A stretch of 64,000 bases of DNA from an uncultured Thermomicrobiales bacterium. GTDB taxonomy: Bacteria > Chloroflexota > Chloroflexia > Thermomicrobiales > UBA6265. The stretch is from assembly GCA_902806405.1 (NCBI GenBank), contig CADCWL010000035.1, forward strand, positions 18,928 through 82,927, read 5' to 3'. Position 1 is the first letter of the stretch, and the number at the start of each line of letters is the position of its first letter. Below, one piece after another: positions 11,489 through 20,727 of the stretch. The position numbers and the translations under genes are program-made. A model generated the notes under the pieces. The model did no database searches. It saw only the letters and a program-made list of their open reading frames with translations, and was not told the DNA's origin.

Positions 11489-12519
11489 CCCGCGGCGACC
11501 GCTCCGAGCGCCAGGTCCGCGTCTTCGGCCCCCACCACCTGTGACTTCTCCTGCGGCTGGGCGGCACCGACGATCTCCGCCAAGCTCGCCACCCCTTCCT
11601 TCGCCATCCATGCCTCCAGCCCGTCGATGAGCCGGATCACCATCCCGGGTTGAGCAAAGATCGCCGTCCCGACCTGGATCGCGCTCGCGCCGGCAAGGAA
11701 GAACTCGAGCGCGTCATCGAGCCCCATGATCCCACCCATGCCGACGACCGGCACCCGGACCGCGGCGGCCACCTGGTAGACCATGCGCAGCGCGACCGGC
11801 TTGATCGCCGGGCCAGATAGCCCCCCGGTTACGTTCGCCAGTACCGGTCGCCGTCGCTTGACATCGATCGCCATCCCGACCAGCGTGTTGATCAGCGAGA
11901 CAGCGTCCGCCCCTGCCTCCTCCACCGCTAGGGCGACGCCGACGATGTCGACCGCCCCAGGGCTAAGCTTCACGATGACCGGCAGCGTCGTCGCGGCCCG
12001 GACCGCCCGCGTCACCTCGGCCGACATCTCGGCGTCCCATCCGAAGCAGTAGCCGCCCTGGGCGACGTTGGGGCAGGAGACGTTGATTTCGATCCCGGCG
12101 ATTCCCGGCTCCTCGTCGAGGACGGCGGCCATCATGGCGTAGTCCTCGACCGACTCGGCCGATATGTTGACCAGGGCCGGCACCCGCCAGTTCGCCCAGA
12201 CCCGCGGGTACTTCTTGACGAAGCCGCGGATGCCGGGATTCTGGAGTCCGATCGCGTTCAGCATCCCGGCCGGGCCCTCGGCAATCCGCGGCATGGCGTT
12301 GCCGCGCCGCGGCAGCGGCGTCACCCCCTTGCTGACAAAGGCGCCGAGCCGTTGCACGTCGATGACGCCCGCGTACTCCTGCCCGTAACCGAAGCAGCCC
12401 GAGGCGGCAATGACCGGGTTGCTGAGCCGCAGCTCGTGCGGGTTGTTCGGAGCGAGATCGACGCTGAGGTCGATCCCCGCCGCGGCGGGGGTACCGCGCG
12501 GCGCTCGTCCTTCCGTCAC
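11485..12519 (-). CDS. pyrD: Dihydroorotate dehydrogenase, class 1B catalytic subunit
   Basis: Motifs SNPVIAASGCFGYGQEY, NVSCPNV and GGLSGPAIKPVALR. The preferred GTG at 12519 overlaps the pyrK stop (GTGA). The listed ORF extends to 12723 through an Arg-rich, non-homologous leader. Confidence 0.9.
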   Translation of the reverse strand: MTEGRAPRGTPAAAGIDLSVDLAPNNPHELRLSNPVIAASGCFGYGQEYAGVIDVQRLGAFVSKGVTPLPRRGNAMPRIAEGPAGMLNAIGLQNPGIRGFVKKYPRVWANWRVPALVNISAESVEDYAMMAAVLDEEPGIAGIEINVSCPNVAQGGYCFGWDAEMSAEVTRAVRAATTLPVIVKLSPGAVDIVGVALAVEEAGADAVSLINTLVGMAIDVKRRRPVLANVTGGLSGPAIKPVALRMVYQVAAAVRVPVVGMGGIMGLDDALEFFLAGASAIQVGTAIFAQPGMVIRLIDGLEAWMAKEGVASLAEIVGAAQPQEKSQVVGAEDADLALGAVAAG

Positions 12520-13373
12520 CAGATCACCTCGTCGAGGTCGTAGACGGGTCCGTCGACGCACGACGCCTGCGTCCCGTGCCGCGTCTCGACGACGCAGGCG
12601 AGACAGGCACCGACGCCGCACGCCATGGCCCGCTCGATCGAGATCTGGACCGGCGGCTTGCCCCCCACCCGCAAGGGCTGGATCGCAGCGCGCAACGAGC
12701 GGTACATCGGCTCCGGCCCGCATGCGAAGATCTGGTCCGCCCAGCGCACGTAGTCGGCCAGCACCTCCGTCACGTAACCTCGGTGCCCCTTGCTCCCGTC
12801 CTCGGTGGCGACGACGTACTCGACCTCGCTCGGGAGCAGCGACGGCTCCAGCAGACCCGCTGCTCCTGCCGCCCCCATTGCGAAGGTCACGCTCAGGCCC
12901 CGCCGCACCGCCTCATCCGCCAGCATCACCAAGGGTGCGGCACCAACGCCGCCGGCCACCAGGAGTAGATTCCGGGCGCGGGGCGGGATCTCGTAGGTGT
13001 TGCCGAGTGGACCGAGGACATCGAGCCTCGTCCCGACCGGGCGCTCGGCCAGCCAGGCGCTACCCCGCCCGTAGGGCCGCACCAAAAACGTCAGGGTCGA
13101 CGCCGTCGGATCGCTCCGGAAGACGGAGAAGGGGCGGCGGAGGAGGGGGTCGTACGATGCATCGTCCCGACAGAGGACCTCGAAAAAGCGGCCGGCGCGG
13201 AGCTGACGCACCATCTGCTCCGGCGCGCTCATCGTCAGCAGGAGCGAGTCCCCCATCGCCGGCTCGACCGCCACGATCCCGCCCACGAACTCGCGCGCTC
13301 GTACCACCGAACCGCCGTCCCCTGCCGGGACCTGGTCCGCGCGCTCGGCGCGGCCGGCCTCCGGATCGATCAC
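12516..13373 (-). CDS. pyrK: Dihydroorotate dehydrogenase electron-transfer subunit (FAD/[2Fe-2S])
   Basis: Ferredoxin-reductase-like fold with C-terminal cluster motif ACGVGACLACVVETRHGTQASCVDGP. Sits immediately upstream of pyrD. Confidence 0.85.
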   Translation of the reverse strand: MIDPEAGRAERADQVPAGDGGSVVRAREFVGGIVAVEPAMGDSLLLTMSAPEQMVRQLRAGRFFEVLCRDDASYDPLLRRPFSVFRSDPTASTLTFLVRPYGRGSAWLAERPVGTRLDVLGPLGNTYEIPPRARNLLLVAGGVGAAPLVMLADEAVRRGLSVTFAMGAAGAAGLLEPSLLPSEVEYVVATEDGSKGHRGYVTEVLADYVRWADQIFACGPEPMYRSLRAAIQPLRVGGKPPVQISIERAMACGVGACLACVVETRHGTQASCVDGPVYDLDEVIW

Positions 13374-13410
13374 GCGTGCGTTTCCCCGTCCCCGCAGCGG
13401 CGACGACGGG

Positions 13411-16400
13411 TCAATACCCGGTCCCCCGTTGCCGGTAGGCCGGCAGCGGTTGCACAGTATAGACGGCGCTTGCCTTCGCCATCGCGTCGACCACGGCCCT
13501 CGCCGTCTCGATCGAGGTGATGCAGGGGATGCCGCGCTCGACCGCGGCCCGTCGGATCTCCAGGCCGTCCAGGATCTCCTTGTCGGCCGGTCCCGGCGTA
13601 TTGATCACGCCGTCAACCGTGCGGTCGAGGATCACGTCCAGCATGTCAGGCGATCCGCGGCCGATCCGCTTCGTCACCATCTGGACGGGCATCCCTGCCC
13701 GCTCGATCAGCGCGGCGGTCCCCTCCGTCGCGTAAAGCTTGTGACCCATCCCGACCAACTGGCGGATCGTCGGCAGCGCCTCCGCCTTGTCCTCGTCGGC
13801 CAACGTGACGAGCATCGACCCGTTGGGTGGCAGGGCGAGGCCGGCCGCGAGCAGCGCCTTAAAGAAAGCCGGCTCGAACGCCCGATCGATCCCCATCACC
13901 TCGCCGGTCGACTTCATCTCCGGCCCGAGATGAACCTCCACCCCGCGGAGCTTCGCCATCGAGAAGACCGGCGCCTTGACCGCCACGAGCGGCTGTCGCG
14001 GCCACAGTCCTCCCGGGAAGCCTTGCTCGGCCAGTGAGCGGCCAAGCATGACCCCCGTCGCGAGTTTGACCATCGGGACGCCCGTTGCCTTGCTCAGGAA
14101 CGGGACGGTGCGGGAGGCACGGGGGTTGACCTCGAGCACGTAGATGCGACCGGCGTGGATCACATACTGGATATTGATCAGACCGCGGGCCCCGAGCCCG
14201 ACGGCGATCCGCGTCGTGTAGTCGACCAGCGTCTCGACTTCGGCCGGGAAGAGGTTCACCCCAGGGTAGACCGCGAAGGAGTCGCCGGAGTGGACCCCGG
14301 CCCGCTCGATGTGCTCCATGATCCCGGGGATCAGGACCACTTCACCGTCGCATATGGCATCGACTTCGACCTCCTTGCCAAGGAGGTACTTATCGACCAG
14401 GACCGGATGCTCCGGCCGCAAGTTGGCAGCGTTGCGAATGTAGCGAGCGAGGTGGTCTGGCCCATAGACGACCTCCATCGCCCTCCCGCCGAGCACGTAC
14501 GAGGGCCGGACGAGGACCGGGTAACCGATCCGGTCGGCCACGGCTTCGGCGTCCGCCAGGGACGTCACCGCCGCCCCAGGCGGCTGGGGCACCCCGAGGC
14601 CGCGTAGGAACACCTCGAAGCGGTGCCGATCCTCGGCGAGGTCGATCGCGTCGAGCGAACTACCCCAGATTTGGACCCCCTGCGCCGCCAGGGGCGCGGC
14701 CAGGTTGATCGCCGTCTGCCCGCCGAACTGGAGGACCACCGGCGGCGGCGTGGCGCCGATCTCCTCCCCCGTCTCGTGCCGCAGCACCTCGCCGACGCTC
14801 TCGGCGTCGAGCGGCTCGAAGTAGAGGCGGTCGGAGGCGTCGAAGTCGGTCGAGACCGTCTCCGGGTTGGAGTTGACCATGATCGAGGCCACCCCCGCCG
14901 CCCGCAGCGCCGCCGCCGCCTGCACGGCGGAGTAGTCGAACTCGATCCCCTGGCCGATCCGGATCGGCCCCGAGCCGACCACCAGCGCCCGCTCGTTGCC
15001 GAACGGCTCTGCCTCGTCCTCCTCCTCGTAGGTCGCGTAGAAGTAGGGCGTGACGGCAGCGAACTCGCCCGCGCAGGTATCAACCGTCTTGTAGACCGGC
15101 CACATCCGGAGCCGGTCGCGCTGCGCCCTTACCGCTCCCTCGGGCACGCCGGCGAGGCGGCCGATCTGGGCGTCGGAGAATCCTGATCGCTTCGCCTCCC
15201 AGAGCAGATCGGGAGCGGGCAGGCCATGCCGCAGCCGTGCCTCGAGGCCGACCAATCCCCGCAGCTTCGCGAGGAACCAATGGTCGATCCCGCTCATCGC
15301 GTGCAGCCGGTCGGCCCCGACGCCGCGCCGTAACGCCGCCATCACCGCCCAGAGGCGCTGGTCGTTCGGCCGCTCCACCATCTCCAGGATCGCGTCGTCG
15401 TCCCAGGTCGGGTCTTCCCACCCCAGGTCCTTGGCCGTCGACTCCAGCGAGCGGACCGCCTTCTGTAGCGCCCCCTCGAAGGAGCGGTCAATCGCCATCG
15501 CCTCGCCGGTCGCCTTCATCTGGGTGCCGATCGTGCGGTCGGCGCGGGCGAATTTGTCGAACGGCCAGCGCGGAATCTTGACGACGGCGTAGTCGAGTGC
15601 CGGTTCGAAGGCGGCCGTCGTCCTCGCCGTCACCGGGTTCGTCAACTCGTGCAGTCGACGGCCGATCGCGATCTTGGCGGCCATTCGGGCGATCGGGTAG
15701 CCCGTCGCCTTCGAAGCGAGCGCCGAGGAGCGGCTGACGCGGGGGTTGACCTCGATCACCGAGTAGTTCTCGGAATGCGGGTCGAGCGCGTACTGGACGT
15801 TGCACCCCCCCTCGATGCCGAGCGCCCGGATGATTCGCAGCGCGGAGGAGCGGAGCATTTGGTACTCGTCGTCGGTCAGCGTCTGCGATGGGGCGACGAC
15901 GATGCTGTCGCCCGTGTGGACCCCCATCGGGTCGAGGTTCTCCATGTTGCAGATCGTGATGCAGGTGTCATCCCCGTCCCGCATCACCTCGTACTCGATC
16001 TCTTTCCACCCGATCAAGGACCGCTCGAGCAGGATCTGACCGATCGGGCTCGCGGAGAGCCCGCCAAGGACGATCCGGTCTAGGTCCTCCGAGGTCCGGG
16101 CGACGCCGCCCCCCGTTCCACCGAGGGTGAAGGCCGGCCGGATCACCAGCGGCAGCGGCACCCGCGTCGCGAACTCTCGCGCCTCCGTCAGGGACGTCGC
16201 GATGACACTGTCGACGACCGGTTCCCCCAGTTCCGTCAGCAGGTCTCGAAACAGGGCGCGATCCTCCGCCCGCTTGATCGCACCCAGCGGGGTGCCGAGC
16301 AGGCGGACGCCATAGCGGTCGAGGATGCCGAGGTCAGCCACCTGGACCGCCAGGTTCAGTCCCGTCTGCCCGCCGAGGGTCGGCAGGAGACCGTCCGGCC

Positions 16401-16650
16401 GCTCCCGTTGGATGACGCGGCGGACGACATCGGGCGTCAACGGCTCGACGTATACCGCGTCCGCGACGTCCTCGTCGGTCATGATCGTTGCCGGGTTGGA
16501 GTTGACGAGGATCGTCCGGATTCCCTCCTCGCGGAGGGCACGGCAGGCCTGCGTGCCCGCGTAGTCGAACTCCGCCGCCTGGCCGATCACGATCGGACCG
16601 GAACCGAGGACGAGCACGCTCTCGACGGTTGCCGCGGGGGCGTCGCTCAC
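13411..16650 (-). CDS. carB: Carbamoyl-phosphate synthase large subunit
   Basis: Two ATP-grasp halves (LVLGSGPIVIGQAAEFDYAGTQA and LVVGSGPIRIGQGIEFDYSAVQA) plus a C-terminal MGS-like domain. The preferred GTG at 16650 overlaps the carA stop (GTGA). The listed ORF is over-extended to 16842. Confidence 0.95.
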   Translation of the reverse strand: MSDAPAATVESVLVLGSGPIVIGQAAEFDYAGTQACRALREEGIRTILVNSNPATIMTDEDVADAVYVEPLTPDVVRRVIQRERPDGLLPTLGGQTGLNLAVQVADLGILDRYGVRLLGTPLGAIKRAEDRALFRDLLTELGEPVVDSVIATSLTEAREFATRVPLPLVIRPAFTLGGTGGGVARTSEDLDRIVLGGLSASPIGQILLERSLIGWKEIEYEVMRDGDDTCITICNMENLDPMGVHTGDSIVVAPSQTLTDDEYQMLRSSALRIIRALGIEGGCNVQYALDPHSENYSVIEVNPRVSRSSALASKATGYPIARMAAKIAIGRRLHELTNPVTARTTAAFEPALDYAVVKIPRWPFDKFARADRTIGTQMKATGEAMAIDRSFEGALQKAVRSLESTAKDLGWEDPTWDDDAILEMVERPNDQRLWAVMAALRRGVGADRLHAMSGIDHWFLAKLRGLVGLEARLRHGLPAPDLLWEAKRSGFSDAQIGRLAGVPEGAVRAQRDRLRMWPVYKTVDTCAGEFAAVTPYFYATYEEEDEAEPFGNERALVVGSGPIRIGQGIEFDYSAVQAAAALRAAGVASIMVNSNPETVSTDFDASDRLYFEPLDAESVGEVLRHETGEEIGATPPPVVLQFGGQTAINLAAPLAAQGVQIWGSSLDAIDLAEDRHRFEVFLRGLGVPQPPGAAVTSLADAEAVADRIGYPVLVRPSYVLGGRAMEVVYGPDHLARYIRNAANLRPEHPVLVDKYLLGKEVEVDAICDGEVVLIPGIMEHIERAGVHSGDSFAVYPGVNLFPAEVETLVDYTTRIAVGLGARGLINIQYVIHAGRIYVLEVNPRASRTVPFLSKATGVPMVKLATGVMLGRSLAEQGFPGGLWPRQPLVAVKAPVFSMAKLRGVEVHLGPEMKSTGEVMGIDRAFEPAFFKALLAAGLALPPNGSMLVTLADEDKAEALPTIRQLVGMGHKLYATEGTAALIERAGMPVQMVTKRIGRGSPDMLDVILDRTVDGVINTPGPADKEILDGLEIRRAAVERGIPCITSIETARAVVDAMAKASAVYTVQPLPAYRQRGTGY

Positions 16651-17810
16651 CGACGCCGTCCCGTCCCGGCACCCGCGGCCGTGTACTCTGCGACCATCGC
16701 CAGGAACCGATCGAAGAGTCCGTGGTTGTCCCAGGGGCCAGGGGATGACTCCGGGTGAAACTGGACGGACATGGCCGGCAGGCTGCGGTGCTCCAGGCCC
16801 TCGACCGATCCGTCGTTCACGTTGATCTGGGAGACCCGCCATGCGCCGTCGACCGGCAGGGACGCCCCATCGACCTCGAAGCCGTGGTTCTGGGAGGTGA
16901 TTGTGACCCGGCCGGAGAGCTCGTCGCGGACCGGATGATTACCTCCGCGGTGGCCGAACTTCAGCTTCGTTGTGTCCGCGCCGAGCGAACGGGCCAGCAA
17001 CTGGTGGCCGAGACAGATGCCGAAGAAGGGCGTTCCGTCGCGGACCACCGCCGCCACCACCGCGGGGTCGAGATTTGCAGGGTCGCCCGGCCCCGGCGAG
17101 ACGACGACGCCGTCCGGCGCGAGCGCCGTGATCACAGCGTACGGCGTGCCGTAGGGGACGACCGTGACCCGTGCACCGCGGGCGACGAGCGACCGCACGA
17201 TGTTCCGCTTCACCCCGCAGTCGACGACCACAATGTGTGGGCCCTCACCGTCGATCCGCTCCACCGTCTCGTCCGCGACCTCGCCGACCACGTCCTGCTC
17301 GCCCGGAAGCGGCGCCAGACGTGCGCGCTCGATCAAATCTTCGTCCGCGATCCCCTCCGCAGAGGAGACGAGCACGGCCCGTGTGTCACCGACGTCGCGG
17401 ATGTGCCGGGTCAGCGCCCGGGTGTCGACACCGGCGATTCCGGGCACGCCGTGGCGCCGCAGGTACCCGTCGATGGTCCCCAGAGAGCGGTGGTGGCTCG
17501 GCTCTGGGCACGCCTCCCGCACCACCAGACCGGCGATCCAGGGCCGGCGCGATTCGTCGTCGGAGGCGTTGACGCCGTAGTTTCCGATCAACGGGTAGGT
17601 CATGCAGACGATCTGCCCGCGGAACGAGGGGTCGGTGCAGACCTCCTGGTAGCCGACCATCGTCGTCGTAAAGACCGCCTCCCCGGTGCCGTCCGCCGCC
17701 GCGCCGAACGAGCGCCCCCGGAACACGCGCCCATCCGCCAGGGCGAGGGCCGCGTCTCCGCCGGGCCGATAGCGGGGTGTCTCGGTCCGGTTGCCCGCGC
17801 TATCCGGCAT
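16647..17810 (-). CDS. carA: Carbamoyl-phosphate synthase small (glutaminase) subunit
   Basis: Class I amidotransferase motifs FGICLGHQLL and SVQFHPE. A strong GGAGGAG lies upstream of ATG 17810. Confidence 0.95.
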   Translation of the reverse strand: MPDSAGNRTETPRYRPGGDAALALADGRVFRGRSFGAAADGTGEAVFTTTMVGYQEVCTDPSFRGQIVCMTYPLIGNYGVNASDDESRRPWIAGLVVREACPEPSHHRSLGTIDGYLRRHGVPGIAGVDTRALTRHIRDVGDTRAVLVSSAEGIADEDLIERARLAPLPGEQDVVGEVADETVERIDGEGPHIVVVDCGVKRNIVRSLVARGARVTVVPYGTPYAVITALAPDGVVVSPGPGDPANLDPAVVAAVVRDGTPFFGICLGHQLLARSLGADTTKLKFGHRGGNHPVRDELSGRVTITSQNHGFEVDGASLPVDGAWRVSQINVNDGSVEGLEHRSLPAMSVQFHPESSPGPWDNHGLFDRFLAMVAEYTAAGAGTGRRR

Positions 17811-19131
17811 ACCGCTCCTCCCCCCCCACGAGCGTCAGCTTCACTCGCCCTTGCATCGTCATGCCGAGCAGGGGAGTGTTGGCGCTCTTCGTCGCCAGAC
17901 GCTCCCGTGCCACGACCCAGCGCTCCTCCGGGTCGAACGCGATGAGGTCGGCCACCGCGCCGACGCCAAGTGTTCCACTGTCCAGGCCCCAGAGCTCCGC
18001 CGGCCTCTGACTCATCAAGGCAAGGAGGTCGGGGAGCGTGAGGTGCCCCGCCCGCACCAGCGCGAGCATCAAGGGTAACGCGAACTCCAGTCCGCTCAAA
18101 CCCACCGCTGCCCGGTCGAACGAAGCATGCTCCTTGTCCTGGGGGGCGTGCGGCGCGTGGTCGGTGGCGACGACGTCGATGGTGCCGTCGCGCACCGCCG
18201 CCAGCAGTGCCGCGGCGTCCGTCTCCGGTCGGAGCGGTGGGTTGACCTTGGTGTGCGGGTCCTCGGCTGGAGCATCGGCTCCCCGCGGCTCGTCGGCGTT
18301 GACGAGGCGGCGGCTGCCGCCGACCCATTCGTCGGTCATCAGGAGGTGGTGGGGCATCGCCTCGGCCGTGACGCGGACGCCCTCCGCCTTCGCGCGTCGG
18401 ATCTGGTCGGCGCCGCGGGCCGTCGTGACATGGCAGACGTGGAGCCGGCCGCCGGTGAGTCCCGCCAACAGCAGATCACGCGCGATGACGATCTCCTCGG
18501 CCTCGGCCGGGATACCGATCACCCCGAGTCGGCCCGAGACCGCTCCCTCGTGCATCGCGCCGTCCGCGAGCGCCTTGTCCTCGCAATGGACCATGATCGG
18601 ACGGTCGAGCGTCGCGCTCGCTTCCAGCGCCCGTCGCATCAGTGAACTGTCCCGCGTCGTGTCGCCGTCGTCGGAGAAGCCGACGGCACCCGCCTCGGCA
18701 AGCGCGGGGAAATCGACGAGCCGCTCACCGGCCCGCCCGACGGTAATGGCCGCGATCGGCTCGACACGGACGCGGGCATCCCGTTCCAGGCGGGCGGTCA
18801 GGTCGCGGAGCGCCAGGACACTGTCGAGGGTCGGCCTGGTGTTTGGCATACAAAAGAGGGTTGTGAAGCCGCCGGCGGCCGCGGCGGCCGTGCCGCTCGC
18901 GATCGTTTCCTTCTCCTCGAAGCCGGGCTCGCGCAGATGGACGTGGACATCGATCAGACCCGGAGCGACGACCAAACCGGACGCGTCGACGCTGCGGGCT
19001 CCGGCAAGCGGCGAAAGCCGACCGATCGCAGCGACGCGGCCGTCCTGAATCAGGACATCAGCGACCTCATCACGACCGAGCGCGGGGTCGACGAGCCGAC
19101 CGCCCCGGATCAACCAGGTGCCTCCGGTCAC
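17800..19131 (-). CDS. pyrC: Dihydroorotase
   Basis: Motifs IDVHVHLREPG, ATDHAPH and MVHCED. The preferred GTG at 19131 gives VTGGTWLIRGGRLVDP. The listed ORF runs to 19422 across the leader and terminator, and that part looks non-coding. Confidence 0.9.
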   Translation of the reverse strand: MTGGTWLIRGGRLVDPALGRDEVADVLIQDGRVAAIGRLSPLAGARSVDASGLVVAPGLIDVHVHLREPGFEEKETIASGTAAAAAGGFTTLFCMPNTRPTLDSVLALRDLTARLERDARVRVEPIAAITVGRAGERLVDFPALAEAGAVGFSDDGDTTRDSSLMRRALEASATLDRPIMVHCEDKALADGAMHEGAVSGRLGVIGIPAEAEEIVIARDLLLAGLTGGRLHVCHVTTARGADQIRRAKAEGVRVTAEAMPHHLLMTDEWVGGSRRLVNADEPRGADAPAEDPHTKVNPPLRPETDAAALLAAVRDGTIDVVATDHAPHAPQDKEHASFDRAAVGLSGLEFALPLMLALVRAGHLTLPDLLALMSQRPAELWGLDSGTLGVGAVADLIAFDPEERWVVARERLATKSANTPLLGMTMQGRVKLTLVGGEERYAG

Positions 19132-19162
19132 GCAACCATCCCCCAATCCTCGGCGGCGGGCG

Positions 19163-19200
19163 AAAAAAACGCCCCGCGGTCCGACCGGGACCAGGAGGCG
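19163..19200 (-). terminator. Intrinsic-terminator-like hairpin plus U7 in the pyrC leader (candidate attenuator)
   Basis: Minus-strand RNA is CGCCUCCUGGUCCCGGUCGGACCGCGGGGCG followed by UUUUUUU. That is about 11 bp of GC-rich stem (6 bp, a mismatch, then 5 bp) with a 5-nt loop. The U tract ends 31 nt before the pyrC GTG. Confidence 0.55.
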
Positions 19201-19270
19201 ACGCGCCCTCTTCGGCTGAGACAGAACGCCACCGGCACCCAGTACCTCGACTATACGTACGGCTTGGAAG

Positions 19271-19299
19271 AGTATACGGGTCCTCGGTGGACCGGTCAA
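19271..19299 (-). promoter_or_regulatory. Sigma-70-type promoter for the pyr operon
   Basis: Minus strand reads TTGACC, a 17-nt spacer, then TATACT. It lies ~135 nt upstream of the pyrC start. Confidence 0.55.
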
Positions 19300-20073
19300 A
19301 CGCCCTGACGCCCCGGCCTGGTTCGTGGAACGCGGGAAGGTCAGCCATTGAGGCAAACCCGCCACTACAAGCTCCTTTCCGTCGGATCGACGCCGTCGTC
19401 GATCGTCCGGCTTCATTCTCAAGTTGTCCCCTCCGTGGCTCCCTCGACGAACCGATCGTCACCGTCCCTCCCGGCACACTCCGGAGGCTGACACGGAGCG
19501 AGCGTAGTGTGCGTCGCGGGCATGCGGCCTGGACCGGGAGTCGGTGCGGACCGCGACGGCCCGCGACGTCGCGGTTTCCATCCGACCGGGAGGCATGGCA
19601 GCGGTCAAACCACCCGGCATCAGGGCGATCCAGGAGCAGGTAAGGGAAGAACGGGCCCGGCTCGATCTCGGGCACCTTGCCCACCTCCCCAGATCAGCCC
19701 GCACGCCGCCCACTCCTTGTCGTGCCCATCAAAGGCCCAAAGGCGGCCGCGAGCGACCTCCTCCAAGCCCTCCGGGGTCCGGCGCTCCCGGTTGCCTCGC
19801 GCGACAACGCGTCAGCCGTCGCGGCGGCCCAATCGGATCGTCGATCGGAGCATCGACTGGCCCACGGCTCGCCGCAAGCACAACTTGGCGCGGACCAAGA
19901 TCGCGTTTACGCTTTCCACCTCCACGCCGTGGCGCACCGGCGCGTCGTCTGCAACGTGGGCCGCGCCTTCTGGGAACGATGTCGTCTGACGGAGTTCTGT
20001 CACGAATACGCCACGGATCGGACCGGAACAGACCCCGCGACGGCACCGCAACCTCCGCCACCCGGCGGCAGGT

Positions 20074-20727
20074 GAGACGACCCTCTTTCTCGTCCGCCAC
20101 GGCAGGACGGCGAGCAACGTCCACCGTCTGCTGCACGGCGTGACCGACGTCCCGCTCGACCACTTCGGTCTGCGGCAGGCGGCATGCATCGCCGAGCGGC
20201 TCCGGCGGGAAGTCCCGGTCGACGCGGTCCTTTCCAGCCCCCTCGCTCGCGCCCTGACCACGGCCCGGATCATCGGCGATCGGCTTGGGCACGATCCGAT
20301 CGTCGTCCCCGAGTTGGTGGAGATGGACTTCGGCACGCTCGAAGGGGCGACGCTGGAGCGGGTCCTAAAAGAGCACCCGGAGTTCGCCGCGCGCCTCCTC
20401 GACGCGGACGCGGACGATGTCGCTTGGCCTGATGGCGAGACGCGCAGCGGTTTCAATGAGCGGGTCCGCGCAGCGTTTTTGGCGATCCTGAGCGACTACG
20501 CCGCGCACCGCGTTGTCGTCGTCGCCCACGGCGGCGTGATCGGTACTTTCCTGGGCGGGATCGAGGGGCTCTCCCCGAACGACCCGACCATCTACGACGT
20601 GATGAACTGCAGCCTCACCCACCTCCATGTCACCCCGCACGACACGGTGCTCCACGCCCGCAACGACGTCGTCCACCTTGCCTCCCTCGTCGAGGACGAC
20701 AGCGCGGAGGCCGCCGCGTGCGACTAA
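20074..20727 (+). CDS. Histidine phosphatase family protein (phosphoglycerate mutase/CobC-like); start codon unresolved
   Basis: Catalytic RHG motif in ETTLFLVRHGRTASNVHRLLHGVTDVPL (R-H-G codons 20095-20103) and second His in VVVVAHGGVIG. The first in-frame ATG/GTG/TTG after the stop at 19987 is GTG 20140, which is downstream of RHG. A GTG at 20072 is out of frame by one base. Confidence 0.7.
   Translation, partial: ETTLFLVRHGRTASNVHRLLHGVTDVPLDHFGLRQAACIAERLRREVPVDAVLSSPLARALTTARIIGDRLGHDPIVVPELVEMDFGTLEGATLERVLKEHPEFAARLLDADADDVAWPDGETRSGFNERVRAAFLAILSDYAAHRVVVVAHGGVIGTFLGGIEGLSPNDPTIYDVMNCSLTHLHVTPHDTVLHARNDVVHLASLVEDDSAEAAACD

Noticed and set aside
19205-19240. Possible PyrR-binding loop (GUCUCAGCCGAAGAGGGC) in the pyr leader.
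   Set aside because: It only loosely resembles the UCCAGAGAGG consensus. I cannot support it without a covariance-model score, so it is mentioned in the finding but not annotated.
19590-19720. Strings reminiscent of RNase P RNA (GGUCAAACCACCCGG, CAGGUAAGGGAAGAACGGG) and of a tmRNA 5' end (GGGCUGAUCUGGGGA on the minus strand).
   Set aside because: The universally conserved P4 elements (GGAAAGUCCGG and ACAGAAnCCGGCUUA in the proper arrangement) and a tRNA-like T-arm/ACCA end are absent. The resemblance is only to short GC-rich words.
19132-20071. Idea that the ~0.9-kb gap upstream of pyrC is a decayed pyrB, since the size would fit.
   Set aside because: None of the minus-strand frames shows the ATCase signatures (STRTR, HPTQ, HPLPR). 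In addition, a promoter and terminator-type leader occupy 19163-19299.
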